DNA of 64,000 nucleotides from Thermoanaerobaculia bacterium (GCA_963664405.1 OY761158.1:3584001-3648000); one strand, 5' to 3'; shown: positions 50,243 to 60,075, numbered from the stretch's first letter. Program-made: numbers and translations. The notes: a model not told the origin generated them from the letters alone.

Positions 50243-51294
50243 TCCTCGTTCACTACCACACGCCCGAGCTCCTCACCTCCTCGGTCATGGCTCTGCGCCA
50301 GGACATTCTGGCCTCGGATATCGATGCAGAGTGGCGGCTGGTGGACAACGGCAGCACGGCTCAGGAGCAAGAGAGCTTACGCAGGCTCGAGCTCCCCGTG
50401 CTCGAGTCGGAAGGCAACGTGGGCTTTGCTGCCGCGGTGAACCGTGGGGTGGAGTGCTGTGAAGCCGACAATCTGCTCATTCTCAACCCCGACGTCCGAG
50501 TCGAGCCCGGTTGCGTCACGGCCCTGCTTCGGCGCCTGGAGGCCGGTGCCGGAGCTGCTGCCCCTCGCCTTTATTGGGATCAGCAGCGGCGCTTCCTGCT
50601 GCCGCCCGGGGAGCAACGAACCCGGCGCGACGAGCTCCTGGCCCTGCTCGGGCGGCGTTGGCCCCGCCTCTGCGCTCGCGCCCGTCGTCGCTGGCGCCGC
50701 AGCGCTCGCTACCATTGGCAGGCGACCGGCGACTTCCTCAGCTACCAGCTGAGTGGCGCCGTAATCGCGGTGTCGCGAAAGGCTTGGAACGAGGTCGGCC
50801 CCTTCGACGAGGGCTACCGCATGTATTTCGAAGAAACGGACTGGCTGCGGCGTCTGCGCAAGGCAGGGCGCCCGGCCTATCAGGTGTCGGAAGCGGTGGC
50901 GGTGCATGACTTTGCCCAGAGCAGCAAGAGTGAGCCGCGGTCGCACGGCTGGTTCGAAGAGTCCTCCCGCAGATATCGCCGGTCGTCCTATGGGGGTTGG
51001 TTCGACGCCGTCTATTCGGGTCTTTCGGCCTCGGGCCCCGGCCTCAGCCCTCTCGATAGTTGGCAGCCCTGGAGCTCGGCTAGTGCTGTCGCGGCCGGCG
51101 GCCGGGCTGCCTGGGTGGAGTTGTCTCCGAACCCTGAAGCTTTTCCGGCGGCGGCGGAGCGTCTCGGTGACGGTGGCCTCGACGGCTGGAGCGCGCCCTG
51201 CACCCAGATGGCTGCCATTGGCGCCAAGCAGATGAGTCTGTGCGTGACGGACGCGGGTGGCGCCGAGCTCGGATTGTTTCGCCTCAGCGCCTAG
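50227..51294 (+). CDS. GT2 glycosyltransferase
   Basis: 'VDNGS', 'GFAAAVN', 'LNPD', 'MYFEETD'; start at ATG 50227. Confidence 0.88.
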   Translation: MRLGVVLVHYHTPELLTSSVMALRQDILASDIDAEWRLVDNGSTAQEQESLRRLELPVLESEGNVGFAAAVNRGVECCEADNLLILNPDVRVEPGCVTALLRRLEAGAGAAAPRLYWDQQRRFLLPPGEQRTRRDELLALLGRRWPRLCARARRRWRRSARYHWQATGDFLSYQLSGAVIAVSRKAWNEVGPFDEGYRMYFEETDWLRRLRKAGRPAYQVSEAVAVHDFAQSSKSEPRSHGWFEESSRRYRRSSYGGWFDAVYSGLSASGPGLSPLDSWQPWSSASAVAAGGRAAWVELSPNPEAFPAAAERLGDGGLDGWSAPCTQMAAIGAKQMSLCVTDAGGAELGLFRLSA

Positions 51295-51308
51295 ACCCTC
51301 GGGTCTAG
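51291..51308. repeat. Short palindrome matching MITE termini
   Basis: CTAGACC-ctcg-GGTCTAG, starting on a TAG stop codon. Confidence 0.5.
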
Positions 51309-51328
51309 GCCCCCGAGGAGCCACCATC

Positions 51329-52717
51329 TCAGAAGAGGTCGCTGTCGCCCATGCTCATGTAGTAGCCGCTCTCGAGCTCTTCGCCCGGGCTCTCTAGGAA
51401 GGGTACGTAGACCATTCCGAGGCCCTGAGGCTCGGGATGGCGTTGGAAGCCGAGCTCGGTCACCAGATCGCTCCACCACCCCGGATGGCTCGAGAACCAT
51501 GCCTCAACGCGAGCCGGCCGGCTCTCCCCGCCGCCGCCAAGGGCGTGGTCGAGAAGTACCGGGACCGCCTCGGGCGCTTCAGGATCGAAGAGAGCGTCAC
51601 CCCACACCAAGCGATCGCCGTCACGACGAAAGACGCTCCAGCCGACCAGGTCTTGGTTACGATCGACACGGTAGAAGGCGTACTCCCGATCTGGACACTC
51701 GAGGTAACGCCAACGGAGGTATCGCTGATCGCGCTCGACCAGCAGCCCAAAGGCCGGAGCCGAGCGCTCGAAGAGCTCATCGAAGGCGGAGTCGAGCTGG
51801 TAGGTCCGCGAGACACGCAGAGCGCTCTTCTCAGGCGGGAGTCGCAGACGCTCGGCGGCGCAACTTAGTATTTCGATATCCCAGACTTTCTTTGCGCCGA
51901 CAAAGAGCTGGGAGAAACGCTGGATGTTGCCGGTGTTGAATCCATAGTTGAAGGCGACCTCACCGGCGCAGAAGCGGGCGTAGAAGTGCCGCGCCGTGCG
52001 GCTCAGAAGGCTGGTGGGGCCGCGGCCCACATGCCGGTGCGAAGCGGCGGTCATCGTGTCTCCGACCTGATGGCAGACAAGAGTCGTATCCGCCTTCCCG
52101 GCGTGTGCCCTACGCCAGCGGACGGGGTAGGCGCAGTACTGGGCCACCAGCTCGCCACCGGGGGCTAGGGCGATACTGATGCGCTGATTGCCGTGGGGAT
52201 TTCGCGTGTACTTCCAGCTCCAGTGATCGATGCCCCTCGCTGGAGAGAAGGCAATGTTGAAGAGGCGTAAGATCTCGCTCTCGTCATCGTCACGATACGG
52301 ACGAATTCGGTAGTCGTCTTTCCGGCCCTCGATCCAACTCTCTCCCTCCGCCGCTTGCGCAGTCTCCTCTCGCAAGGGGCAGAAACCGGACTCGGCTAGG
52401 GCGCCCATGGCGTGCTCGAAGAAAGGATCTCCAGGTTGGAGGCCGGGGAAGACCAGAAAGAGCTTTCCGTCGTCTACCAGGAGCCGTCTAGCGCATCCCA
52501 GCGAGGTCGATAGAGAGGTGGAGTCCTCGACCCCCAAAGTCAAGACAATGGCCCGCTGCGGCCCGCACCCCGCCAGGGCCGCGGCGATACCTCCTTCCTC
52601 GACCGGGCGATACTCCACGTTCGTGGAGCCAATGTCCGAAGAACCGACCCGGCCGGGCTCACCGCCGACGAAGAGGATGTTGCCTTCGGTAGGGAGCCTG
52701 GTGGTGAGGTGGTTCAT
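51329..52717 (-). CDS. GNAT-fold acyltransferase with degenerate methyltransferase-like N-terminus
   Basis: 'IRPYR...WSWKY..NP', 'GDTMT..SHR', 'YGFN', 'YLRWRY', 'GDSDLF'. Confidence 0.7.
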   Translation of the reverse strand: MNHLTTRLPTEGNILFVGGEPGRVGSSDIGSTNVEYRPVEEGGIAAALAGCGPQRAIVLTLGVEDSTSLSTSLGCARRLLVDDGKLFLVFPGLQPGDPFFEHAMGALAESGFCPLREETAQAAEGESWIEGRKDDYRIRPYRDDDESEILRLFNIAFSPARGIDHWSWKYTRNPHGNQRISIALAPGGELVAQYCAYPVRWRRAHAGKADTTLVCHQVGDTMTAASHRHVGRGPTSLLSRTARHFYARFCAGEVAFNYGFNTGNIQRFSQLFVGAKKVWDIEILSCAAERLRLPPEKSALRVSRTYQLDSAFDELFERSAPAFGLLVERDQRYLRWRYLECPDREYAFYRVDRNQDLVGWSVFRRDGDRLVWGDALFDPEAPEAVPVLLDHALGGGGESRPARVEAWFSSHPGWWSDLVTELGFQRHPEPQGLGMVYVPFLESPGEELESGYYMSMGDSDLF

Positions 52718-52719
52718 TG

Positions 52720-52872
52720 AAGAAGTAAGAAGTAAGAAGTAAGCAGTAGGAGGTAGGAAGTAGACCTCAAACGGCGCAGGGTAGGCAAGGGAGCGTAGGG
52801 AGGAAGGGAGCGCTGAAAGAAGAAGGGCATAGTAGCCAGTCCCTACTCCTCACTCCTTGTTCCTTACTTCTC
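52720..52872. repeat. Heptamer tandem repeats (AAGAAGT-like) with an inverted pyrimidine tract
   Basis: AAGAAGT x3, AAGCAGT, AGGAGGT, AGGAAGT at 52720-52761; complementary tract CCTACTCCTCACTCCTTGTTCCTTACTTCTC at 52842-52872. Confidence 0.8.
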
Positions 52873-52900
52873 CCCCGTGTACTAACGATAAGGTAAGAAC

Positions 52901-53617
52901 GTGATCGGCCTCTCCGTAGTGATCCCTGCTTTTAACGAAGAGAAGCGGCTGGCGACGTCTCTTCCTGCGATTGTTGCGCATCTGGGCCAGCGAGAGTCGG
53001 AGTACGAGATCGTTGTTGTGGACGACGGCTCGTCGGACGGTACGGCGGAGCTGGCGGCATCCTGGGAAGAACGAGGAGTGAGCGTCATCCGACAACCGCA
53101 GAATCGGGGTAAGGGAGCGGCTCTCAAGGCAGGGGTGCTGGCTTCGAGAGGAGCGGTCGTGCTTCTTACCGACGCCGATCTCTCCACCCCGATTGGTGAG
53201 CTCGAGCGGCTGGAGGAGTACCTCGACGAGAATCCCGTCGTCTTCGGCAGCCGTGCCGTAGAGGGCGCCCGAATCGACGATCCGCAGCCTTTCTTCCGAC
53301 AGTGCATGGGAAAGACATTCAACTTCATGATCAGGATGCTGGTCGTGGGCGGTGTTCGAGACACTCAATGCGGGTTCAAACTGCTCCGAGGCGATGACGC
53401 GCGCCGGCTCTTTGCCGATCTGACCCTCGATGGCTTTTCCTACGATGTCGAGCTCTTGTGGCTGGCTCGCCGCCGCGGCCTCGCGGTCGCGGAAGTGGGC
53501 GTGCTCTGGAACCACTGCCCCGACTCGACGGTGCATCTTTTGGCCGATCCGTTGAGGATGGCGTTCGATGTTCTTCGCTTTCGCTTTCATCACCTCCGCC
53601 GCGGTCCACAAGCATGA
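52901..53617 (+). CDS. Polyprenyl-phosphate glycosyltransferase (DPG synthase-like GT2)
   Basis: 'VIPAFNEE', 'NRGKG', 'TDADLSTP', 'DTQCGFK'. Confidence 0.9.
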   Translation: MIGLSVVIPAFNEEKRLATSLPAIVAHLGQRESEYEIVVVDDGSSDGTAELAASWEERGVSVIRQPQNRGKGAALKAGVLASRGAVVLLTDADLSTPIGELERLEEYLDENPVVFGSRAVEGARIDDPQPFFRQCMGKTFNFMIRMLVVGGVRDTQCGFKLLRGDDARRLFADLTLDGFSYDVELLWLARRRGLAVAEVGVLWNHCPDSTVHLLADPLRMAFDVLRFRFHHLRRGPQA

Positions 53618-55482
53618 GCCGCGTCGCCGTACCTCCCGGCGAGAGCTCTCGACTCCAGTCGGTGCGGACGCTGGTCCTGGCGCCGCACTTCGACGATGAG
53701 GTTCTTGGCTGCGGAGGTCTGCTGGCCGGCCTTGCGCGAGCTGGAACGCAGATCACGGTCGCCTTTCTCAGTGACGGCAGCGGCGGTGTCGAGGATGTTG
53801 GCGATCGTCGGGCCTATGCGACCCGCCGCAGGGCCGAAGCTGAAGCTGCGAGCAAGGTTCTTGGTGTCGGCGTGCTCGAGTATCTAGATCTGCTGGATGG
53901 ATCGCTAGCCTCTTCGCTCAAGGAGCTGAAGGAGGCGATTGAGCGCCTTCTGGCCGAGGTACGCCCGGATCTGTTGCTCGTTCCGACACCCCTAGAAGTG
54001 ACCACTGACCACCAGGCCCCATTCGCGGCGTTGCATCAGGTCCTGTCTCCGCTGCGGAGTGGGGACGCACTACTCGAAGCTGTCGCGGGGCTAGGAGTCC
54101 TTCTCTACGAGGTCAACCACCCTGCTCATCCGGACACACTGGTCGACGTGACCGAGGAGCAGGAGACTCTCGAAGAAGCCATGGCCTGCTATGGGAGCCA
54201 GGAAGAGCGCCACAATTATCTAGCCGCGGGTCTCGGTCTGCGCCGCTATCGAAGTGTGACTCTCGGCCCCGAGGTAACCCTGGCCGAAGCCTATACAAGG
54301 CTCGAGATCTCCGATCTGAGCACTCGCTCCCTCGCCCAGCTGATCGGCGATCTCGGAGGAGCTCCCCCGCGCGTGGAAGTTCCCGGCGGACCGCTCGTAT
54401 CGGTCGTGGTGCGTACGAGGAATCGGCCCGTGCTCTTGGCCCAGGCTCTGGAGAGCCTCGCCGGAAGCACCTATCGCAATGTCGAAGTGATATTGGTGAA
54501 TGACGGAGGCGAGCCGCCGGCGGAGCCCGGCAGTTTTCCTTTTCCACTGCGCCGCGTCGATCTCGGCGGCGACGGGGGGCAGCGAGCCGCCGCTGCGAAT
54601 GCGGGGATCCACGAGGCACGCGGCGACTACTTGGCCTTTCTCGACGACGATGACTTAGCGGCTCCAGAACACCTCGCCACTCTTGTCGGCCTCGCGGAAG
54701 GATCCGGTGCCCGAGTGGTCTACACCGATGCCGCAGTCGGAATTTACGAGGCGGCCGCGGACGGGGGCTGGAGCTGTAGCGAGCGACGCCTCCCTTACAG
54801 CCGTGACTTCGATGCCGATCTACTTCTATTCGACAACTACATTCCCTTCAATACGCTGTTGATGGAACGCTCCCTGCTACTGGAAGTGGGCGCTCTCGAC
54901 GAGGAATTGCCCATCTTCGAAGACTGGGACTATCTAATTCGGCTGTCGCGCCTGTGCGAATTCCACCATCTGGCCCGAGTCACTTGCGAGTACCGACACT
55001 TTCGCGGCGGTCGCCACGCTCTGGGTGAGCAGGCGGCGGCGCGCAGCGACTTTGTCGAGATGAAGGCGCGCGTGATCGACAAGCACCGCTCGTCTCTCGA
55101 GGGCCCGACCCTCGCGCGAGTCGTTGTGGCGCTGCGAAGAGAGGCTGTCGAGGCTCGAACGAGGGCCGATGACCTCAATTCTCGACTGACCACCCTTAGC
55201 ACTCGTTTTCAGCTGGTCAACGGCGAGCTCGAGGCGGTGCGGGGGTCGAGCGCCCAACAGGCTGTCGCCCTGGCCGAGCACGAGGCAGCTCTAGCCGAGC
55301 ACGTTGTCCAGTTCCAAAGAATGTTCGATGAAGAGAGTCGGCTGCGCAGTGGCCTCGACGATCAGATCGAGCATCTGGGCCGCACCTACGCGGAGATCGA
55401 GCGCCTCGGCGCCGAGATGCACGAGATGAAGACGACGCGCGCATGGCGTTTTCATGCATGGTGGCAACGCCGTCGGTCATGA
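53614..55482 (+). CDS. PIG-L deacetylase - GT2 - coiled-coil fusion
   Basis: 'APHFDDE..GCGG', 'TTDH', GT2 'VVVRTRNR..FLDDDD..FEDWD', C-terminal heptads and 'TRAWR'; ATGA overlaps at both ends. Confidence 0.87.
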   Translation: MSRVAVPPGESSRLQSVRTLVLAPHFDDEVLGCGGLLAGLARAGTQITVAFLSDGSGGVEDVGDRRAYATRRRAEAEAASKVLGVGVLEYLDLLDGSLASSLKELKEAIERLLAEVRPDLLLVPTPLEVTTDHQAPFAALHQVLSPLRSGDALLEAVAGLGVLLYEVNHPAHPDTLVDVTEEQETLEEAMACYGSQEERHNYLAAGLGLRRYRSVTLGPEVTLAEAYTRLEISDLSTRSLAQLIGDLGGAPPRVEVPGGPLVSVVVRTRNRPVLLAQALESLAGSTYRNVEVILVNDGGEPPAEPGSFPFPLRRVDLGGDGGQRAAAANAGIHEARGDYLAFLDDDDLAAPEHLATLVGLAEGSGARVVYTDAAVGIYEAAADGGWSCSERRLPYSRDFDADLLLFDNYIPFNTLLMERSLLLEVGALDEELPIFEDWDYLIRLSRLCEFHHLARVTCEYRHFRGGRHALGEQAAARSDFVEMKARVIDKHRSSLEGPTLARVVVALRREAVEARTRADDLNSRLTTLSTRFQLVNGELEAVRGSSAQQAVALAEHEAALAEHVVQFQRMFDEESRLRSGLDDQIEHLGRTYAEIERLGAEMHEMKTTRAWRFHAWWQRRRS

Positions 55483-56750
55483 ACCGGGTAGCTCTGATCT
55501 CGAGTGAGCCCCTGCGCTCGCTAATGGCCGGAGTCGGCATCCGCTACCTCGAGCTTTCAAGGCAGCTGGCAGCGGCCGAGATCGAGGTTCGCTTGATCCA
55601 CCCTGGCGATCCAAAGGAGACGCCGGATCCTGGGGACGGCGTCGAAGTCCGATCCTTAGCCGATGAAGGCTTGGCTTCGTTGTTGGCGGGTTGCGACGCC
55701 GCGGTTGCGCAAGGGCAGCTTGCCAACAATGTGGCGCTCGAGGCGCCGGATCTACCGCTGGTCGTCGACCTTTACGATCCTTGGCTTCTCGAGAACCTCC
55801 ACTACGCCGAGACTCTTGGACTGGATTCTTATCGCAACGACCATGCGAGCTGGGTTCTGCAGCTCTCTCATGGCGACTTCTTCTTGTGCTCATCCGAAGA
55901 GCAGCGCGACTACTATCTCGGTTTTTTGACCGCCCTTGGCCGGGTGAATCCACATCGCCTCCAAAGCGACCCGGATCTGCGAGCGCTGATCGACGTGGTT
56001 CCCTTCGGTGTCCCGGAGGCGCTACCCGAGCATCGCGCGTGGCTCGAGCCCCGCCTCGATGGCGCACCCAGGCTGCTTTTTGGAGGCGTCTACGACTGGT
56101 ACGACCCTGAGACTTTGCTGACGGCGTTAGATGCTCTCCTCGACCAACCGTGGGTGCTTCACTTCGTGCGCAACCCAAACCCGGAGTCGACACCCCAGGC
56201 GGCCCTCGAGCGGGTCGAGCGGTGGCTTTCGCAGCGTGAGGCGTCGTGGCGGGGAAGAGTGGAGATTCTGGACTGGGTACCTTCGGCCCGGCGTTTCGAC
56301 CTGCTCCGCGATGTCGATCTCCTGGTCGCTACCCATACAGACTGCCTCGAGACTCGCCTCTCGCTGCGTACCCGTTTTCTCGAAGCGCTGGCGGCGGGCT
56401 GCCCGGTGATGACGAGCGTTGGGGGAACGGTGAGCCGCCTTGTCGAGCTCTGGAAGGCGGGCTGGGTGGTGCCTCAGGGCGACGCCGCCGCGTTGTCCTC
56501 TTCGCTTCGTCACTTTCTAGGCAACCCTGCCGCGGTAGCCGAGAGAGTGGCGGCCGGCCGCGTCGGCATCGCGGACTTCCACTGGTCGCGGGTCGTTGAG
56601 CCTTTGCTTGGCTTCTGTCGGGATCCCAGGGTCGACTCGACCAAAGCGGCCTTCGCCTTCCGCCCTGGCACCGTGGCGCCGGCGGACTCGATTCGCTTTC
56701 GGTTGCGCCGAAAGTGGCACTCGCTGGTTCGTGCGGGAGGGCTTCGTTGA
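55479..56750 (+). CDS. GT-B (GT4-like) glycosyltransferase
   Basis: 'MAGVGIRY', 'DLYDP', 'GGVYDWYDP', 'RTRFLEALAAGCPV'. Confidence 0.82.
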   Translation: MNRVALISSEPLRSLMAGVGIRYLELSRQLAAAEIEVRLIHPGDPKETPDPGDGVEVRSLADEGLASLLAGCDAAVAQGQLANNVALEAPDLPLVVDLYDPWLLENLHYAETLGLDSYRNDHASWVLQLSHGDFFLCSSEEQRDYYLGFLTALGRVNPHRLQSDPDLRALIDVVPFGVPEALPEHRAWLEPRLDGAPRLLFGGVYDWYDPETLLTALDALLDQPWVLHFVRNPNPESTPQAALERVERWLSQREASWRGRVEILDWVPSARRFDLLRDVDLLVATHTDCLETRLSLRTRFLEALAAGCPVMTSVGGTVSRLVELWKAGWVVPQGDAAALSSSLRHFLGNPAAVAERVAAGRVGIADFHWSRVVEPLLGFCRDPRVDSTKAAFAFRPGTVAPADSIRFRLRRKWHSLVRAGGLR

Positions 56751-58060
56751 GAGCGCCTCGACAGGTGTCGGTCTTGGTGCCGAGCTGGAACGGTCTCGAG
56801 CACCTCCAGCGTTGCCTTCCCGCGCTCGAGTCTCAAGACAGCCCTGGGGTGCCCTGGGAGCTGGTGGTGCTCGACAACGGCTCCAAGGATGGCTCAGCGG
56901 AGTGGGTCCGCTGTCACTGCCCCAAGGCGCGGGTGCTTTCGAGCGATTTGAACCTCGGCTTCGCGGCTGGGAATATGCGACTCGTCGATGCCGCCGAGGG
57001 GGACGCACTGGTCTTTCTCAACAACGATACGAGGGTCGGGCCCAGTTGGCTGGACTCGCTGGTTGATGCGCTGGCCAAGGCCCCAGACGATGTGGCGGCG
57101 ATCTCCGGCATGGTGCACGATTGGGAGGGCGAGCGGCTGGACTTCGGTCGTGGCATTCTCACCTTCGACGGTCATGCCTTTCAGCTCGACTTTGGGCGCC
57201 CGCTGGCCCAGGCGCGTCTTCCCGAGGCGGGTGAGGAGCTCCTCTTTCCTTCGGGGGGCAACATGATCATCTGGCGAGATGCCTTTCTCGAGGTCGGTGG
57301 CTTCGACGCGGACTACTTTGCCTATCTCGAGGACGTCGACTTGGGCTGGAGGTTGTGGTCGTCGGGTCGGCGGGTGCTGTCGGCTCCGGCGGCGCTCAGT
57401 TACCACCGCTCGATGGCGACCAGTGATCTTCTCGGCAATGCGAATCGAGGATTCTTGTTCGAGCGCAATGCCTTCATGACCGCCTACAAGAATTATGAGG
57501 CCGGAACCTGGGAGCGCATGATGCCGGCCATCATGCTGACTCTCCTCTCGCGGCTGGAAACCCTGACTATCCAGAACAATCCTGGCGGCGAGCTTCTTAC
57601 TGTGGACCCCTATGATGGCCGAATCGCCAACACCGGCCGACCGGCCGCCGGCGACGGATTTCGGGATCCCGCTGCGCTCTCCCGGTTGGAGCGATGGACC
57701 CAGATGCGACCCGGCCAACTGTTCCGCGCCGCCCTCAGCCGGCTCGACACCGAGCCCAGGGGCGCGACGAGATCCGGTGAAGCGGTCCCTCAGCTGACCG
57801 ATGAGCGTACTCGAGCTCATCATCGTGCGGTGTGGAGCCTTCTGGCTGGGCTCGATCGCGGGGCGGAGAAGCGTGCGAGGGTGCAGACTCTGCGCCGGAG
57901 GTCCGATAGTGAGATCTTCGCTCGTTTCCCCCTCTATCTGGTGCCCACCTATCCAGGCGATGAGGATCTCTTCGCCGGCGTCGGCTTTCGTGCCTGGCTG
58001 CCCGACGAGCTGCCGCTCGTCGAGAACACCTTGCAAGAGATCATGGAGGGCCACGGGTGA
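56747..58060 (+). CDS. GT2 glycosyltransferase
   Basis: 'LDNGS', 'FLNND', 'FAYLEDVDLGWR'. Confidence 0.88.
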   Translation: MRAPRQVSVLVPSWNGLEHLQRCLPALESQDSPGVPWELVVLDNGSKDGSAEWVRCHCPKARVLSSDLNLGFAAGNMRLVDAAEGDALVFLNNDTRVGPSWLDSLVDALAKAPDDVAAISGMVHDWEGERLDFGRGILTFDGHAFQLDFGRPLAQARLPEAGEELLFPSGGNMIIWRDAFLEVGGFDADYFAYLEDVDLGWRLWSSGRRVLSAPAALSYHRSMATSDLLGNANRGFLFERNAFMTAYKNYEAGTWERMMPAIMLTLLSRLETLTIQNNPGGELLTVDPYDGRIANTGRPAAGDGFRDPAALSRLERWTQMRPGQLFRAALSRLDTEPRGATRSGEAVPQLTDERTRAHHRAVWSLLAGLDRGAEKRARVQTLRRRSDSEIFARFPLYLVPTYPGDEDLFAGVGFRAWLPDELPLVENTLQEIMEGHG

Positions 58061-58983
58061 AGCCCGCGGTGACGGTGGTCATCCCCACCTTCAATCGCTT
58101 GGACAGCTTGCCCGAAGTGCTCGCGGCTCTGGCAGAGCAGTCAAGGGGGAGCTCGCTCGAAGTGCTTGTCGTTGATGACGGATCCACCGATGGGACCGAG
58201 GAGTGGCTCGCGAGTTACCAGGGTGAGCTCGAGCTGAGAGTAGAGTCCCAGGAGAACCGCGGTCCTGCGGTGGCTCGCAATCGAGGGGTCAGGGCCGCCA
58301 ACGCGGAGTGGGTGGCCTTTTTGGGGGACGATACCGTCCCCTGTCCTGGATGGTTGGAGCGCTTGCAGCAGGCGGTGCTGGGGCGATCGGAGGCGCCATA
58401 CCACGCCGTCATCGGCCGCACCGAGTGGCACCCAAAGATGAAGGTCACTCCCTTCCTGGCCCATATCAATGAGTTTGGCGCCCAATTCGGCTATGCCCTG
58501 ATCGAGAACGCCGAAGACCTACCGTTCAACTTTTTCTACACTTCGAACCTCTTGGTTCATCGCGAACGCCTGCGGGAGGAGCCTTTCGACGAGGGCTTTC
58601 CGTACCCCGCCTGGGAAGACACTGAGCTGAGCTTTCGCCTCAAGGAGCGCGGGTTGCGGATCTGCTACGAGAAAACGGCCAAGGTCTTGCACAACCACCC
58701 CACCGATCTCGTTCGCTTCTGTGCAAGGCAGGAAATGGCGGGTTTTTCGGCTGTCGTCTTCTATCAGCGCCATCCTGAGCAGGGACCGATGCTGGGACTC
58801 GGCGCGACGGGACCGCCACCGATGTTGGGCTTGGGTTGGCGCTGCTTGGAGGTCGTGGCGCGGGCTTTGCAAGGATTCCCTGTAGCGATGCCGACTGTTT
58901 GGGACGAGGTCCTCCGTGGCCACTACATCCGCGGCCTCCATCGGGGCTGGCGGCATCTAGGCCCCGTGGGTCCGAGGAGTTGA
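58057..58983 (+). CDS. GT2 glycosyltransferase
   Basis: 'VIPTFNR', 'VDDGSTD', 'GPAVARN', 'WEDTEL'. Confidence 0.9.
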   Translation: MKPAVTVVIPTFNRLDSLPEVLAALAEQSRGSSLEVLVVDDGSTDGTEEWLASYQGELELRVESQENRGPAVARNRGVRAANAEWVAFLGDDTVPCPGWLERLQQAVLGRSEAPYHAVIGRTEWHPKMKVTPFLAHINEFGAQFGYALIENAEDLPFNFFYTSNLLVHRERLREEPFDEGFPYPAWEDTELSFRLKERGLRICYEKTAKVLHNHPTDLVRFCARQEMAGFSAVVFYQRHPEQGPMLGLGATGPPPMLGLGWRCLEVVARALQGFPVAMPTVWDEVLRGHYIRGLHRGWRHLGPVGPRS

Positions 58984-58986
58984 GCT

Positions 58987-60075
58987 ATGATTGAGATCAG
59001 ACGACTTTGTTTTACGCGCGGATTGGTGATCGGAGCACTGGGGCTGGTATTGGCCTTGACGGGCCTGGCTCCCATAGCGTCTGCTGACGCACAGCAGCGC
59101 TCCGCCCAACCGCGCTCCTCGTCGGGCTCCGGCTCGTCGTCGGCCCGAGGGTTCTCGTCTGCTTCTCGTCCGTCGTCGGGCGGTCGCTCCTCGAGCTCGG
59201 GGGGTAGTCGCGCATCCGGAGGCAGCTCAGGTCGCTCAGATGGGAGATCCCACCGTCCGACCGGAAACCCGTCTCGAGGCTCGGGCCATCGCGGCGGGCA
59301 TGGCTACTATCCGAGCCATGGTTATGGCTACTACGGCGGCCACAGCTACTACTCCCTCGGCCTCAGCTTCGGCTATCCCTACTACGGTGGCTACTATGGG
59401 CCATACAACTACGGCTATGGGTACTCCTACGGCTACCCCTACTACGGTGCAGACCGCGGCTACGGGTACGCTCCGGCGGTCAGCCCCGGCGCACTCTCCC
59501 TCAAGATCAAACCCAAGGCCGCGTCCGTCTTTCTCGATGGCCGTTACGTCGGCATTGTCGATGGCTTCGATGGGCTTCCCCGTTACCTCTGGGTGCCGGC
59601 TGGAAACTACACCCTGACGGTCGTACATGAAGGCTACGCAAACCTCGAACAGGAGGTCGAGGTCGTTCCAGGACAGGTGGTCAAGTTCAAGACTCGGTTA
59701 GAGCCCGGAGTGGCGGTGAAGCCCGAACCGCAGGCGAAAGAAGTCCCTAGCCGCTTCCGGCCCGCCGATCAGCCGCGCCTGAGCGACACTGTGCCAGTGC
59801 CGTCGCAGGATCCGCCATCCCGGAGTCGGGATCTCCGCTCCGAGCCGGCTCACCTGGAGCTGGACATTCGGCCCGCCGATGCGTCGGTCTATCTCGACGG
59901 CCGCTTTCTCGGCACCGGCAGAGAGGTGTCCGGCCTCCGCGCGCCACTCATTGTGGATGCCGGCGAGCATGTTCTGCAAGTGATCCATCCGGATTTCACC
60001 AGCCAGGACCTGCAACTCGCGGTGGGCCCGGGCGAGCAACGCGCCCTGGAAGTCGTTCTCGATCCTAAAGGTTGA
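58987..60075 (+). CDS. Secreted PEGA-domain protein with S/G- and Y/G-rich low-complexity region
   Basis: Signal peptide; two 'P..ASV(F/Y)LDGR(Y/F).G' PEGA repeats. Confidence 0.8.
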   Translation: MIEIRRLCFTRGLVIGALGLVLALTGLAPIASADAQQRSAQPRSSSGSGSSSARGFSSASRPSSGGRSSSSGGSRASGGSSGRSDGRSHRPTGNPSRGSGHRGGHGYYPSHGYGYYGGHSYYSLGLSFGYPYYGGYYGPYNYGYGYSYGYPYYGADRGYGYAPAVSPGALSLKIKPKAASVFLDGRYVGIVDGFDGLPRYLWVPAGNYTLTVVHEGYANLEQEVEVVPGQVVKFKTRLEPGVAVKPEPQAKEVPSRFRPADQPRLSDTVPVPSQDPPSRSRDLRSEPAHLELDIRPADASVYLDGRFLGTGREVSGLRAPLIVDAGEHVLQVIHPDFTSQDLQLAVGPGEQRALEVVLDPKG

